DNA of 64,000 nucleotides from the NCBI RefSeq assembly GCF_021869535.1, contig NW_026262723.1, positions 14,012,001 to 14,076,000 of the forward strand, in the 5' to 3' direction. Positions 12,086-27,241 of this stretch are shown here, piece by piece (within the stretch, counting starts at the first letter, position 1; each line of letters starts with the position of its first letter). The notes beneath the pieces are model-generated. The model had not been told where the DNA came from. It saw only the letters and a program-made list of their open reading frames with translations, and searched no databases. This DNA is from Mytilus californianus (Eukaryota). The translations under genes and the position numbers were made by a program.

Positions 12086-15015
12086 ATATATCCACAAATA
12101 GTTTTCCTTTTAGATATCTAGATCTATCATTTTTGTTGGGACTACATTAACTTGCGTATACACTTTTCGTAGTGCAACGGTTTTGACGTTGGGTGACTGG
12201 CAGTAACCCTTCACATAAGCTTTTATCCTCGTGCATATATGCATCTAACACCTAGCTGAGGTTTGAACAAGTGATAGTGTAATATCTAAACTTCTTATTT
12301 AGCCCGGTCGTAAGAAAATAGTACGGTGCAATTTAAAAAAAAACGGAATTTAAGTCAAGAAATAATTTCAAATAGAATAATTACCACCTGCGTTTCTATG
12401 TGAATAGTTTACAAATAGCGTTATTCCCATAATTGCAATGTATTCGTTTTGTGCATATAACACATTTAAGTATAAAATTAATTTTCAGCAATAAAATTTG
12501 TCGGTTTGACGGAGTTCAAATAATATTTGTGCGTTTATGTCATAATTTCAATAAATGGTCCTTTCAATTCGATTTCCTATTCATGGTTTTTGCATATTTT
12601 CTTTTTATCTCAAACCAAAATCATGTATACTAATTACTTTTCATCACACATTTAAAACAGTGTTCAAGCCCGCACTAAACCGTTAACCGTTATTAGTACG
12701 TTTTGTGTCCAATCCACCTGGGTCCTTTAATCAGTGATACGTTACAGCATTAGATAAATTAACAACAGTGAACAGGAATAGGGAGGATCTGCAGTATATC
12801 TTCTGACAATTCCAGTCACACTTTGGCCGTGACAGTAACTAAAGAAGACAGGAAAGCCATTCATTTATACGTATCGGTAATGTCCATTCTGTATTTTTAC
12901 CTAGCTATAAACAGTAGGTTTAGGAAAATGTCTGTACCAATTCAGGAATATGGCAGTTGTTTTTCACTTGTTCCGTTGATTGATAGCGTTTGTTATGCTT
13001 TTTTTAGCTTGCTAAATTGTTTGTAGTTTCAACCTCTTTTTCCATTTCAGTAAAGGTACCTGGTAAGTGTGATCTATACTAAGATTCCAGTTTCTGCAAG
13101 CACATGTATATAGATGTGACCTGATTTATCGGAGTCAAAATGACTATCGTTGCAATCATAGAAATTTCTAATAATCAACAATGTGAGAAAATAAACAATT
13201 TTTCAGTTCAGATTCGTGCTTAACATTTATTTCAAAGGAACATTTTAGTTTATATTTACTTGATGGTTATAATTAAATTACTGTCAATGAATGTTTTGAA
13301 AAACGACTGCGTAATAGAATGAATAAGTCAATATGCAATACAATTAACACTATTGTTTTAAGCTTCTTTGTAAATTTATGAACTGTAACCACTATGGTAT
13401 ACGTATAACAAATTTTGAAAATCATTTCTGAAAATTTAAAAAGGTAAATGGTTTAGGGAACGACCATTTAACGTCCGGGGGGGGGGAGGGGGGGGGGGGG
13501 GGGGTAAACACGTGTTGTGTATAAATGAAACGGTCAAAACCGTATAATGACTAGTTTTAATAAAAATTTACTCACCTGAACTTTATTTTTCTCAAAGTTG
13601 GAATAAAAGTATTATTAAATTTATGGCATCTTTTTTCCTCTCCCCATGCCTTTCATTTACCCTCACTAGCGTTTTACTCCAAGCAGAAGGTTGGTATTAA
13701 CGTGACAACTCAACACATAAACCATTCAAGTTAAAATAAAGAATATGAACTTAGGATACATCAAACCAGGTACTTCATATCTGATAAACGGGCAATATAT
13801 GCCCTCAATTTAAGATTTCAACCATACGTTTTTGTATTATTCAAAATTATCGGTCAATATGTGTTCCACAAGGATCACCAGTCCTTCATCTTTCATTTGA
13901 TAACTTAATTACTAAAATATATACTACATAGTTTGATATTTACACCTATGCGTAGGAACTATTTTGTTTTAAATATGTACTACTATCCAGTATGTTCTTT
14001 TTTGACCGGGCCCAATTTGGTGGTGATTCAGGCAAAGAACTAGACCGATTGTGTACTGCTATTGTACAATCCAAGATGGCGGTATGCAAGGAATCTACAT
14101 TTAGAGACAAAACTAGAGGCAAAAGTAGTTAACGGTGTTCAAATCTCATAAATCTATTTAGAATATATATATATTTTGACCTATAATTGTTTACTTTTTA
14201 CACATTATGACTTGGATGGAGAGTTGTCTCATTGGCACTCTTATCACATCTTCTTATTTCTAAATAATGATTAAAAAATAACCCTGAAAGAATCACATCA
14301 ACTTCAAACAGAGTAAATCTAGACGCGTCGACAAGACAATCATCTCCTGTTATGCATGCATCACCTTTCAGCGCATGCGGACTCAGTTAAAATATTACAA
14401 TTCGGAATAGGACACACTCATTTTCAGATCGAACGTTTTTTCTTGTGTCTGAGGATCTAAAGACCGTCTACAAATATCTTTCGTGAGTTGAGACATAAAC
14501 ACAATATCGAAACACGTGATTGTAACAAAAGACCTGCAAGTGTCGATTTCAGTTAATCTTCTTGGTTACCTTCCTTGAATAGTTTATCTGTTCGGAACAC
14601 TCCCCTATTGATTCGGTCCGTATAGTATTAATGAAAGTGTGCAATGTTTCAATTCAGATATATATTAACTCCATACGCATGACACGATGTGACAGAGGAT
14701 ATGTTTCTACTGAAAAATTGGAAGTTGACAAACTAATATAGTCATGGTCTTAGTTCCCAGTTTGAACCCGTTAGTGTCAATTTCAAAATAGAGATTCAAA
14801 TATGATGTGTTTACGACTTGGCCGAAATAGGTTTAATGTATTCTAAAAAATGGCAACAGTTGCTGTAACATGAACATACATTTTTTTTCTGGATTGGGAA
14901 CTTTTGTTTATATTGATAGCCATTAAATCCTAAGTGAATTCTACTTTTGAGACAACGTGTTGTATCCTCTTTTGTTTGCGTCTTTGTCAAATTTGCTATC
15001 AACTACAAAAACATT

Positions 15016-15259
15016 ATGTGTTTTCGGTCTGTGCGTCCGTTCGTTCGTCCGTCCGTCTGTCCCGCTTCAGGTGAAAGTTTTTGGTCAAGGTAGTTTTTGA
15101 TGAAGTTGAAGTCCAACCAACTTGAAACTTTGTACACATGTTCCCTATGATATGATCTTTCTAATTTAATGCCAGATTAGAGTTGTGACCCCAATTTCAC
15201 GGTCCACTAAACACAGAAAGGATAGTGCGAGTGGGGTATCCTATGGACACATTCTTGTT
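15016..15259 (+). mobile_element. pearl/HINE-like short non-autonomous element fragment with (GTCC/GTTC)n core
   Basis: GTGCGTCCGTTCGTTCGTCCGTCCGTCTGTCC microsatellite followed by a body ending GGACACATTCTTGTT. This is the organisation known for bivalve Helentron-associated short elements (family call from recall). Confidence 0.55.
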
Positions 15260-15775
15260 GTTATATTGTTATATTGTTTTGATGTAGTTTGAATAGGCTG
15301 TTCTTAACAATATCCCTTATATTGCATAAGGTCGGCACTTTGTGTATTAATGTTCATAACGAAAGATGGTTTTTGTGACATAGAGATATTTTTGGCTTGT
15401 ATGCTGGTTTGGAAAACCGTATAAAACGAAATGTTAGGACATCCCATGGATTTTTGAAAAGAGGATACCATACCTTCTATATACTCAGCATGGTTAACAG
15501 GTGGTGAGTGTTTACGATTGTTTCCTCTCTATACGGTATGGTGTACTTAATAGGGTATCATTTGGTGAATGATATATTTTATTTATAATTAATGTGTACA
15601 GTTTCTTTAATTCAAGGTATAGGTCGGGTGCGTTGAAATAATGACAGAGAAATTCATTGCTGTTTGGATCAATACACCGGTGGTCATTCCAGATCTTCTT
15701 TTATTTAGCCTTTGTCGTTTTTTCGCAACATACATCAGTCTACATGTACAAAGAGTACCGTACATTATATTGAAT

Positions 15776-16029
15776 TGATTGATTGGTTGATTTGTGTTTC
15801 GTCCCTTTCAGCACTATTGCGCTATTTCGTGGCGGTCAGTTTTTATTGGTGGAGAAAGCCGGAGAGACCCACCGACCTTCGGTAGGAAAGCTAACAATCC
15901 TATTCAATTAAGATTGGAGTCGAATGCACCTACCACGTATGGGATTCGAACTCACAACCTCATGACTGCATTGTTGACAGACTAACGATACAGTAGTTTG
16001 AACTACTTAAACCACCCGGGCACCGAGGC
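15776..16029 (-). mobile_element. tRNA-derived SINE (V-domain-like core)
   Basis: Minus strand: A-box-like 5' end, B box GGTTGTGAGTTCGAATCCC (plus 15941-15959), core GGTCGGTGGGTCTCTCCGGCTTTCTCCACCAATAAAAACTGACCGCCACG, and an (AATC)n tail. Confidence 0.75.
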
Positions 16030-18037
16030 GTACATAATATTGGAGCAGTAAAAACAATCATCGTTAGTAAAATATCACAGGTTGAACAGTTCTTACGTTT
16101 ACAATGTCGTCGTTGATAATTATCGGTCTTCTTCGTGTTATCTATGTTTGTGCATATATCACCCGAAGTCATAATATTTAACATTCTCTTCCGGTTTGCT
16201 TGTTAAACAGAGAAAGTTATTGTTTCTTTCTTTAAAGGACATATTTCATGTATTTACAATTACAATCCACTATATCGAATTACAGATCGCAATATGCATA
16301 TTACCGTCATATTGATATTGTAAAATATCCGCTTCTCCACACAATATGAAGCGTTATAATGATATATATGATGAGTTTTTATAACCACTGGGTCGATCAA
16401 TTGTTGTAGTAAGACTTGTGATAATTGTGCATTTATTGCATGCGTTCGATTTTCAAATAAGCAGAATCGTTCAGACGTTGCGCACGATGTTGGTACCAAT
16501 TCCATTTTGCTATAGATTAGCATGAAAATAAATACGTAGACTGGTCAGTTCGATAAAAATATAGTGATTTCTGGTTGAATTTATTACATTAGACTTGAAA
16601 ATATAGAAACAAAGGAACCGAAATTTAAAACATCAAGAATTATAACACTTAATTATCCCATTTTTACGCAAAAACGTAATGTCCAACGTTACATTTTGTG
16701 TGCAAAAGATCGGAGTTCCGTTTCTTTCCTACGGTATTTTTTTTCTGATAATCGTAAATTTTCACAAGAGTATTGCTATTGTTATTGTTATTCGCGTGTT
16801 AAAGCAAAATCAATATCACTGAAAGCGTAAACCGGAAAATGTTATTTTTGAAACCGGTCTGAAAAATGTCCAAGCATATGCAAGGTAAGCATATATCGGG
16901 TTTGCGCATTTATACCGTGAAATTGGAAAAGCTGAGAGGGAAAATATTTATGATATTTTGAAAGTTTTTTTACTTTTCTCCTGGTTCATGATATTTTTTT
17001 GCCGGAAACCATGCGTATAGTTTCTATTGCAATGATTCAAAAAGTATAGCCGTCTTGTCCCAACGAAAAAAACGCTGTATTGTCCCAACGTTCGCAAAAC
17101 GTAATTGATGTCATGCTCGGGTTTTTAATTTTATATCATAATTATTTGTTTCCAGTTTAATTCGAATGAAAATAAAAATATAAGTTATAATATAACCAAT
17201 GTATGATAAAGGAAAAGTTTAAGTTTAACATCAAATGTTGACCACATGAGATTGATATAAAAAATATCGGGATCTTAGTTTTTTTTCAGCACATTCATGA
17301 CATTTGTTTTATTCAAGGAACGTTGTCTATCTGCAAGTTTTAAATCATCAAAAGCAACATGCATATTTTTTTTGTTAATAAAATAAAATAGAGAAAAACT
17401 AGTGCTGGCAATTATAACAAAACAAAGGATATGCATATGCCACAAAAATACGGAAATGAGAAAAACATGAATCCAAAATGTTTAACTACCTAGAATTTTT
17501 GCGACAAAGAAAGCATCGGGAAATGATAAAATATAGAAAGGAAACGGAAACGGAAAGAAATGCAACAAAAGGAGTATGTATAAACATGCAATAAAAAGGG
17601 GAAATAGATTCAAAATCTAATTTATATTAAAAACAAATCTGTATGAATTTGGAAATTAATGTATGATTCTTTAATGCAAACTGCTGCCAAAAGTAAAATT
17701 ATCAATTATGGCCTGGAAAGACTGACAACTATAAATGAATATTCATTAACAAAAATATGTGTACGACCACTTTGAGTTTTATTTGTTAAACTATGCATTT
17801 TCAGAAATCGGTTACCAAATTCACAACAGTAAATTGACCTCATCAATTATAAGCTTAAACGCTTGAAACGTTCTTTGAAGTCGTCGAAATCGCTTCATTA
17901 TGAGGAACGTCGTGTAACGCTAAGTAGTACCAACATCGTGCGTAACGTCTCAGTCATCTGGAAGAGCATGCTAAAGCTTTATTCATATAACAAGAACACT
18001 TCGGATAGGATTTGTATATGAACATTTAAATAGATAT

Positions 18038-18340
18038 AAGAAGATGTGGTATGAGTGCCAATGAGACAACTCTCTCCATCCAAGTCACAATTTGTAAAAG
18101 TAAACCATTATAGGTCAAAGTACGGCCTTCAAAACGGAGCCTTGGCTCACACCGAACAGCAAGCTATAAAGGGTCCCAAAAATTACACTTAAGAACCACA
18201 TCAAAAAACGACAACCACTGAACATCAGGTTCCTGACTTAGGACAGATGCAAACAAATGCAGCGGGTTCAAACGTTTCAATAGGCGCCAACCTTCACCCT
18301 ACCTGAAACAATAGTGTAACATAACAACATAGAAAGACAA
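18038..18340 (+). repeat. Abundant interspersed repeat family A (AAGAAGATGTGGTATGAGTGCCAATGAGACAACTCTCCATCCAAG...)
   Basis: Further copies at ~14205-14255 (-), 30295-30400 (-), 34955-35032 (+), 35345-35505 (-), 38510-38860 (+) and 61420-61610 (+). Confidence 0.85.
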
Positions 18341-21300
18341 AAACTAAATCTCATATTCAGGAGTAATGGTAACATATGTATAATTAAATACTATGATTTG
18401 GTATATTATTAACCTTGTCAAGGATTAGATATTAACAAAATATTTGCCATTTGTCAACAGTTTTCCAGGCTCCGTTATGATGTGCTTGATTGCATGAAAT
18501 GGAAACAAATTGTCTATAAAAATGAAGGTCATTTGGTTAAGGTGTCGTTAATGCGAAAATTAATAAAGATATGTATAATTTGCAATCGTTTTCAACAGCA
18601 GTATGTACCGCTGAATACCATTTGTATCTTCGGAAACAAATTTTGAGACATATTTGAAGTAAATTATATACACTTTTTAATATTCGATTTCCAATAGGTT
18701 TTTAACAACTTTCTTGTTATGTAACTTTAAGTTAAACAAATTCAGTGAAAATTGATCCTACCTATTTTCAATTTTCAGAATTTCTTTAAAATTTATACAC
18801 CTTAAACATAAAAAATATATATTAAAGAAAATTTATATATGACAAATATTTAATATTTCTATATGACCTTGATTTGAATGTGAAAAACAAACAAATTTAA
18901 GCAGCCTTCTATGCAACTACAAAATACAATAAAAAAAATAGAAGACTTATTATAGGACAGGGAATGGGTAAATATTACCACTGAAAAAAACGACAAACAA
19001 CAGTTTAAATAACCCAACCTATTATACTTCTAAAGATTGATCGTCACAACTTAATGATGTTCTCTACTTTTTAGTTGTTTACATGTATGCCAATACAAAT
19101 TTTGCCCGCTAACTCCTACTTTTCTTTTCTTAATTTTATTACATAAAGTTTTAAAAACCATTTTTAAAAATCTTATAAAATCCTTGTTATTTTTTGCAGA
19201 GTTTTTTAAAAGAAAAAAGATGCCAATGTTATATATGAAGAATCTAGAGAGAATCATTTCCCGCCAAATTTTCATTTGATTATATCTCCAAAAACAAGTA
19301 CAAGGACCTTTCATAATTTTTTTCTATTTAAGTTCCGATATTTGCATACCATCAATTTATAACAGTCTTTTCTAAAAGTTTGGTATTTTGAAACAGAGAA
19401 GCGAACATTCTTACATTCAAATTAATGGCTCCGGAGGGGTAAACAGTTAATCTTCCATTTGTGGCACCTGTCTTGTTGCTGATGACGACCAATAGTTAGG
19501 TGATAAGTCACAAAGACAAGATACACATATGATCTAAACACAAATAGGGCGTCTATTAATGCCAGTCGCAGAGAACAATTTAGATGTATCAGAGTATTTT
19601 TTGCGTATCATTTATGCCTTTCTAAAACAAATTATTTGTATTTTCGTTGGTCATTTTTTATTAAACAAAGTTGAGCAAATTCCTCAATCTGTCTTTTTGC
19701 ATGTGATTTGTATTTTTTATTTTATTTTACGGGACAACGGGTTGGCATTTTACAAAAAAGTTCCTAAGTGAATAAAAGGATATGTTTGATAAACACCAAT
19801 AGGACCATAATCCACGTGTTCCCTTTCAGTATACATCAAGTGGTCACTTTACCGCCTTAAGCAAATCAAAAGTGAAATATTACTGTTTACGGAGCTACAG
19901 TGTACAAATAAATTTACTTGGTCTCCTTATTTTTAAATCTATGATCACATACACATAATGCAAAAATTGTATTTTTGGTGGAAAAAATGGGTTTTTTTTT
20001 TTTCGATAACGTGACTGTTTCTTATTCAATCTTATGTATACATTAATTCTTTATTGCAAAACAAACAAAAACCAATTTTGGTCATAGCAATACAGACACA
20101 AAGCAAACATTTTTACCTCATACATTTTTTTTATTTGGAACTTACTTAAAGATATTTGGAAAAAACACAGGACACCCAAGAGCTGACTGGGATATGGTCA
20201 TATTTTGACTTATCTCGTATTCGGAAAAAACACTGCTAAAGAAGGGTGTCCGTTTGCCTGTGCGGGATGTGTAAATACGCAGCCTTGTCTGCATTGGGAC
20301 ATTAAACACAGTGCCTTGTTTAGGGACAGTATACAACAATGCTCATTTTTAAATCCCTCTCAGAAGACAAAAAGAAGACTACTTGATTTGGGAAGTGGAA
20401 ACTGCACCACCTTATGGTTGCAATGTGCAGAATGTTACGATTGTTTGTCTCTTCGTTGTCTTCGAGTAGTTGTGACTGAGAAGCATTAGTTTTTAATTCA
20501 TGATTTGGAGTGTTTTCAACTTTAAGGAAAACTGCAATCAAAGTGCATAAAATACATGTTTGTATACAAATAACTTTAAATAACAACTGGTGTACGTACT
20601 ACAACCACATTATCTTCAGAATATATCGCACATGTCTATTTCATTGTAACTGTTATGATTTTTTTCAAACATGGTCTTCCTTATAAACTTGTTCAATCTA
20701 CCGGTCGTCCCTTTTTATCTGACTCTTAGTTGTACAATTTAGGCATGATTGATAGGAACACATGAAGTATGTTTTGAAATACCCATCTTATATTGTTTAC
20801 CTTGCCTTTTCGAACGATTTAACTGTTTGTTTACATGTTTAACAGAAAATGTCTCACTGCGAAGATAAAACAGTACAGACTTCTGTTTTATATAACGTGA
20901 AAAGAAGCTTACTATAGCAAGAATAGCTCAATCATAATAAGGTTATCTGGTGATAACATTTACCCCCGACCTAGCTTATCACTTGGATGATAAACTTCCA
21001 CTGTCAAAATTAACTCAAACTGTATATTATGAATTATATAAAACTATGTTTAAATTTGAAAATAATCAATTTTAAGAGGCATTTTGAATGTAAATGTGAA
21101 TCCGTCAAAATCACTTCGGTTATTTTCGAGAAAAAGAACTATTTTAAGATCTGTAAGGAGCATTGCTCTTTGGCGGTAAATAAAAAAAAAACATTTTTTT
21201 GTATGGTTCACGATCTGGTATTAATTATTAAAAGAGTATAACAAGTTATCTTCAGGCTAACACAAAAATCCTATTTTTTATGATATTTAAGGGTCATAGC

Positions 21301-22336
21301 TATTGAACCGTAAAGTAATTGGCCATTATTATAATTATGGTTCATGACAAAGTGTTTTAATCTAAAATGATTTTGTCAAGTTGTACTATAATTGTCATTC
21401 GGAAACCATTTTTAAGATAATTATTGCAGCATAACCCTTGAACTGTAAATTTCAAAAATATCAAATCGAAATCTCACCTGTATTTGTTCAAGCGATTCTT
21501 TAATTATCATCGGGATACCAAAAGTATGACGGACGAATGGATGGACATGTGCATCATTATAAACCTTCGCGTCGTTGAGGCTTAGTGGTTAAGTGAAACA
21601 AAAATGTAATCATAAAAGTACATGCCGTATAACTGTTAATTGCACAGCAATATGATATTTTCTGTAGAAAATTTCCGAAAGATAGCGTTCTATTTTAACC
21701 GATATTTCCATTTAACATTTGATTTTTAAACAATACATCACCGCAGAGGAAATTTAATATAGATTGAAACGGATTCCTTGCAGCAAGACGTTCATAGGGG
21801 AAATCACTTTCTAAAAATAATATTTGTCTTTACTTTTAAATGATCTGTTTTTTACATATGTTATTCAAAATTAAACTGATGTTTCTGTGTGAAAGCTACT
21901 ATAAAGTACATCCACCGATCGATATAACAGTGTAAATCAGCAGGTTAAGAAGATTGAGCTTTGCTTCATTCTATGACACTTTATTTTGTAAATCATCTAT
22001 TTCTTGAACTGTGTTTTTTATTTCTGTTCTACCGCTTGGACTATGTTATTTATTGAATTGTTATGAATAGTTTGTTATTCCACTGATCGATACCACAAGG
22101 GAGAGTTTAGATCTCTAAAAGCTAGTTGGATCCCGTCACATATTAATGTGTCTGTGTCTTAATCAAGTCAAGGCCCTCGTCAAAAATATCTTTAAAATAA
22201 AATCATATTTACTAAGTATATTTGATTGTTGGTCTATGATAGTATCGACTTGTTAAATTGTTTATTCAAATGTGGTCTGGTCTCCCGGCGATTTAGATTG
22301 TGCATGCTGTGACACTTGCATATTGTTTTAAACTGT

Positions 22337-23224
22337 TTGTTGACATCTACAATTAGTTAATTTATGGTCGTTTTGTTGACATCTACAATTGGTTAATTAT
22401 GGTCGTTTTGTTGACATCTACTATTGGTTAATTATGGTCGTTTTGTTGACATCTACTATTGGTTAATTATGGTCGTTTTGTTGACATCTACTATTAGTTA
22501 ATTATGGTCGTTTTGTTTGACATCTACAATTGGTTAATTATGGTTGTTTTGTTGACATCTACTATTGGTTAATTATGGTCGTTTTGTTGACATCTACTAT
22601 TAGTTAATTATGGTCGTTTTGTTTGACATCTACAATTGGTTAATTATGGTCGTTTTGTTGACATTTACAATTGGTTAATTATGGTCGTTTTGTTGACATC
22701 TACTATTAGTTAATTATGGTCGTTTTGTTTGATATCTACAATTGGTTAATTATGGTCGTTTTGTTTGACTTCTACTATTGGTTAATAATGGTCGTTTTGT
22801 TTGACATCTACAATTGGTTAATTATGGTCGTGTTGTTGACATCTACAATTGGTTCATTATGGTCATTTTGTTGACATCTACAATTGGTTAATTATGGTCG
22901 TTTTGTTGACATCTACAATTGGTTAATTATGGTCGTTTTGTTGACATCTACAATTGGTTAATTATGGTCGTTTTGTTGACATCTACTATTAGTTAATTAT
23001 GGTCGTTTTGTTGACATCTACAATTGGTTAATTATGGTCGTTTTGTTGACATCTACTATTGGTTAATTATGGTCGTTTTGTTTGACATCTACAATTGGTT
23101 AATTATGGTCGTTTTGTTGACATCTACAATTGGTTAATTATGGTCGTTTTGTTGACATCTACAATTGGTTAATTATGGTCGTTTTGTTGACATCTACAAT
23201 TGGTTGATTATGGTCGTTTTGTTG
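22337..23224. repeat. 35-bp minisatellite (TTGTTGACATCTACAATTGGTTAATTATGGTCGTT), ~25 copies
   Basis: ATCTA at 22381 and 22416, etc.; occasional 36-bp variants; no spacers. Confidence 0.97.
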
Positions 23225-26200
23225 CGTTCGGAAGAAAGTGTGTTCATGCAGCGTCAATTTTTCTTTTCTATAACATAAGATTTTTCACATCAAAATATTA
23301 AAAAGCACATTCTGTTTTTATCATTTAACTCATTCAGCGATATTGGAGTTACAACAATATAAGAAATTCAAACACAATTTAATAGTTCTTTTTTTTTTCA
23401 AAATGGTAAATATTTGATATAAAATAGTGAAACCACGGTTCGATCCTAATCCAATATTTATTTAAAAAGGTAAACGAAGAAGAAAAAATATAATTTATCG
23501 CATAATTGAATGGTAGCGCCAAATATTTATAAAAATACAATGCTATTAGCCTTGAATATCTGACAATTTTTATTTGTAGAAATTATAATCGTTAATCAAT
23601 CAATATCAAGGAAATGTATGTATAAATACATCAGTTCAAGTAATGCCTGAAATTCTACATGTACCAGTTAATGGCATTGATACATCAAGGACCGTCCGTG
23701 AATACGATGGTACATGATTTATCCCATAATGCATTTAAACAGTTACTGATATCTCCATATTTTTATATGGAATAACAATGATTGCTTGCGATGATGTGAA
23801 TTAAACATTCGTTAATCAAATACGTGTTAGCTTATATCTTACATAGCGGCTGGAAAATAGAAAATTCAGATTCAATATTTTATTAAAGTCTCACCACTTT
23901 TAATACATACAATAATTTCATTATAATATATACATTGCATAAAACAGAAAAAAGTTAAAATACAAGTGGCATTCTAAAGAATTATAAGAGACTATAGAAA
24001 TTTCAATAAATTTAACTATATATTTATCATGTCTATAAAACATTTCAGTTCTGTAAAAACATATATGTATAATTATATATATATTTATCATGTTGTTAAA
24101 ATTTTCAGTTTTGTAAAAACATTATGTCATAACTATCAATCAAGCATATAAATAACTATTTCTTCTACTGAAAATATAAAAGAAGGTCTGGGCAACAATA
24201 TCATAACAATCAGTACTTTTAAACAGATATATAAACTTATCAGATAAAATATTAAAATCAACATTACTTCTTTTAACTTCATAAAATGAATTTTAACACT
24301 AATCTACATATAAAGGACAATTTAATCAAACATGTTTCTCCGATCTACCAACTGAATTTACATAAAAAGTAAACTCTTTCATTCAAAATTGTGTTTTCAA
24401 AGCGACCTGTTTCTATTCGCAAAGGGACGACACTACACCTAAATTTAGCAAATGCACTTAGGGATCGACTTGTAATGTTCTTACTCAAATACATCTCTGT
24501 TTCAAAAATATCTTTAGACAATTTTTACATGTAATTAGAACGATTTTTGCTTGTATTTATTGAAAAAATATGAATTCACTTTTAACAAGAGCCTGTCATT
24601 TTTTAGTATAAAAACGAAACAAAAATAGCATTTAACAGCTACACCTGTTCATTTAGTCTCAAAATGTAAAACAGAAACCCGCTCAATTCAAGGTTTTTTT
24701 AATAAGAAGAAAATAAAATGAAATATATTTTGACATTCTGGCACGCTCTTTAAGAACACAACAGTGAATGATTGTATCCGTCGGGTTTCAAACAAAATGA
24801 TAAGTGTCATTTAGCTCCTTACATTTCTACGTATTTATATTTCATTGGCTTTCAAATATTTGGATTTGAGCGTTCCTGGTGAAGTTTTAAAAAATCAAGA
24901 AAAGCCAATCTTATTAAAATATAGTTCTCTGATTTCGTTATACTCTTATATGTACGAGCCAGCGAGTTAATATAGGTCTGAATTTTAATCAGATTGCAAG
25001 AAAAGTGTTTGGACGTACGGATTCAAAATATCGGAATAATGTTGCAAAGAAAACTATGACATCCAAAGTTGTTGGAATTCAATTGAAACAAGGATTATAA
25101 AACATGGTTTGTAACTAGGGCGGAATTAAAATTAATAAAGAACAGTTATAACATCAAGTTAGTTTCCTTATTGTATAACGTATATTTACTTATGCACATC
25201 GATAACTAAATCATATTTTCCGTCTAAATAAATATGGTCGTTTCCATACAAATTCTCTAATTGGACGTTGGAAACCGTACGATTATTAGTACGTGCGTTT
25301 AAAGTTCTTTTTTTTTCGTTGCTAAAAGGCTTTCAATTTACATTTCTATAACATATACAAATATTTGTTTATTCACCTCCCATCTTCAAATTAGAAGACA
25401 AAGCGTCCAAGACGGAATCTATTCGATATTTCCGTAACGGTAACTTCAAAAGCATATATAAAAAAAAACGCAATCATAAATATTCCTTTTACTAAAATTA
25501 TGAGAAGTCCTACAGCGACAAAGAATTAAATTTAAGAGAAGTATTGCGAAGGTATGGTTAAGTTTGCTTTTTATAGCATTATACCGAAGTAAACTATTGG
25601 AGATCGAATTACGGGATCGGTATGTAATCTTTCTGCCTTTACGTGTGTTTTCTACTTATTTATCAGTTGATTCCCTGTAATACATTAACATACTCACGGT
25701 GGGTAAGGTTGTCCTGCGAGAGAACGTTCTGTGCTGGTGATTTGGTCCTAACTGGTGCTGGTGATCATTGAAAATATGTAAACAAAGATGAAAATGATGA
25801 TTTTTGATGTTTTATCGCATAAAAAAATGGAAGGAAACTATTGAGATATTTTAAATTTGTTTCTTATGTGTTCATAGGGAAACAATTAAAAAAGTGACCT
25901 TCTAAACTGTTTCAGTAAGCGTAACACAAAAGTGCTCATTTTCAGAAAATCTAGAACTGCAAAAATAAAACAAAACTGCCCCTGGAGTCCGCTTTCTATA
26001 CCCAAAACCACACGACAAAATTATTTTGTGAAAAACCTTTGCAATTTATTAAAATTGTGCATTTTCTCAGTTTAGACATGTCCTGATTCTGTGCTGGCGG
26101 GTCCTGTCATAGTGCTGGTGGGTCCTGATACGGTGCTGGTGATTTTTGATAAAAAGTTGGTCCTATTTAAAACAAACGTTACAGAATCAATAAAATTGAG

Positions 26201-27241
26201 CAGATGATTGTATTTAATCGGATTTGTGACTCCTAGTTTTACTTTTGTGCATCCATTTGGCTGTTTAATAAGTGTTTTCAGATATTCGTAACTTATATTA
26301 CATAAAAGGGCAACATTTTCCGTCCAATATCAGATGAAAATATATCTACGTAATATGCTAACTAACACGGTTTTAAAATGTGCTTAAAGTAAAGCGACAT
26401 TTATAATGACAATAAACGTTTGACTGGTTTATTTCAGTTAAATATACGAGGTTGGATGATCTAACTACTGGTGCCTCTAATTTCTTCCTTAATATATACA
26501 CTGTCTTCAATACATTTCGACTGGATAAAAAAAAACGACCCAGACTTATTTTTCATACATGACTGATAAAAACTTACTAGAATGGAACAAGATGTGAACA
26601 ATTGCAAGTCAAAGTATGACCTTCAACAACGAGCAAAAACAATAACAAATAGTAGCTATAAAAATGTAAACGATTACAAAATGAAGACGTTCGGCCTGAT
26701 TTAAAATACAACTTTGAAAAAAAACCCAAATATGACAGATAGCAACCATCGACAACCACTGGTTTTGGGCACTCGTGACAGGGCTTAACATGTTTGTTTG
26801 CGCTCCACACTCCCCTCCCTACCTCCACCCACCCAACCCCTCCTCCTTTCCTCTAGTTCATTTGTACAGTGGTGTAACAACACAACACTTAGCACATAAA
26901 ATAATAACATAAAGACACAAATTATTGAACCACGAGTACTCGCAGCTACTGAAAGCTAGTTCAAAGCCGCATTTTCAACTAGTATATAAACCATGTTCTC
27001 TTAGATTAAAATCTCAATCGGTACTCATCAAACAAATTTCGCAAAACTTAAGTTCACATTTTAACTTTTGGTTTAGCAGAACTTTAAAACTGTGCAGTGA
27101 ATCTTGTGCTCACAACAGTTATTGTCATAAATATGTATACATCAGACAAGGTAGATAGACATTGGCATGTTGAATATTTTTACTCGGTAAGTTTTGCTCT
27201 AACTGCATGAACTTTTGCGATATAAACTAACATCTGCAGTT

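Noticed and set aside
12750-13180. Possible further Penelope-like fragment on the minus strand (also a CKRKNCSTC motif at ~16080-16110)
   Set aside because: Too degraded to support by eye; needs a profile search.
13465-13504. Poly-G/poly-C tracts (also ~28058, ~29631, ~39506, ~62231) as G-quadruplex elements
   Set aside because: Simple homopolymers associated with common repeats; their length is unreliable in assemblies and there is no specific context.
15930-16029. Possible tRNA gene (GGTTCGAATCCC-like B box on the minus strand)
   Set aside because: No cloverleaf or acceptor stem; continues into a SINE core and simple-repeat tail.
14811-20586. Possible minus-strand host exons at ~14811-15002, ~19440-19520 and ~20320-20586
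   Set aside because: Plausible acceptors exist, but I could not build a phase-consistent model or recognise any domain.
22337-23224. 35-bp repeat array as a possible CRISPR array (likewise the 47-, 26- and 42-bp arrays)
   Set aside because: Units are head-to-tail with no unique spacers, there are no cas genes, and the context is eukaryotic.
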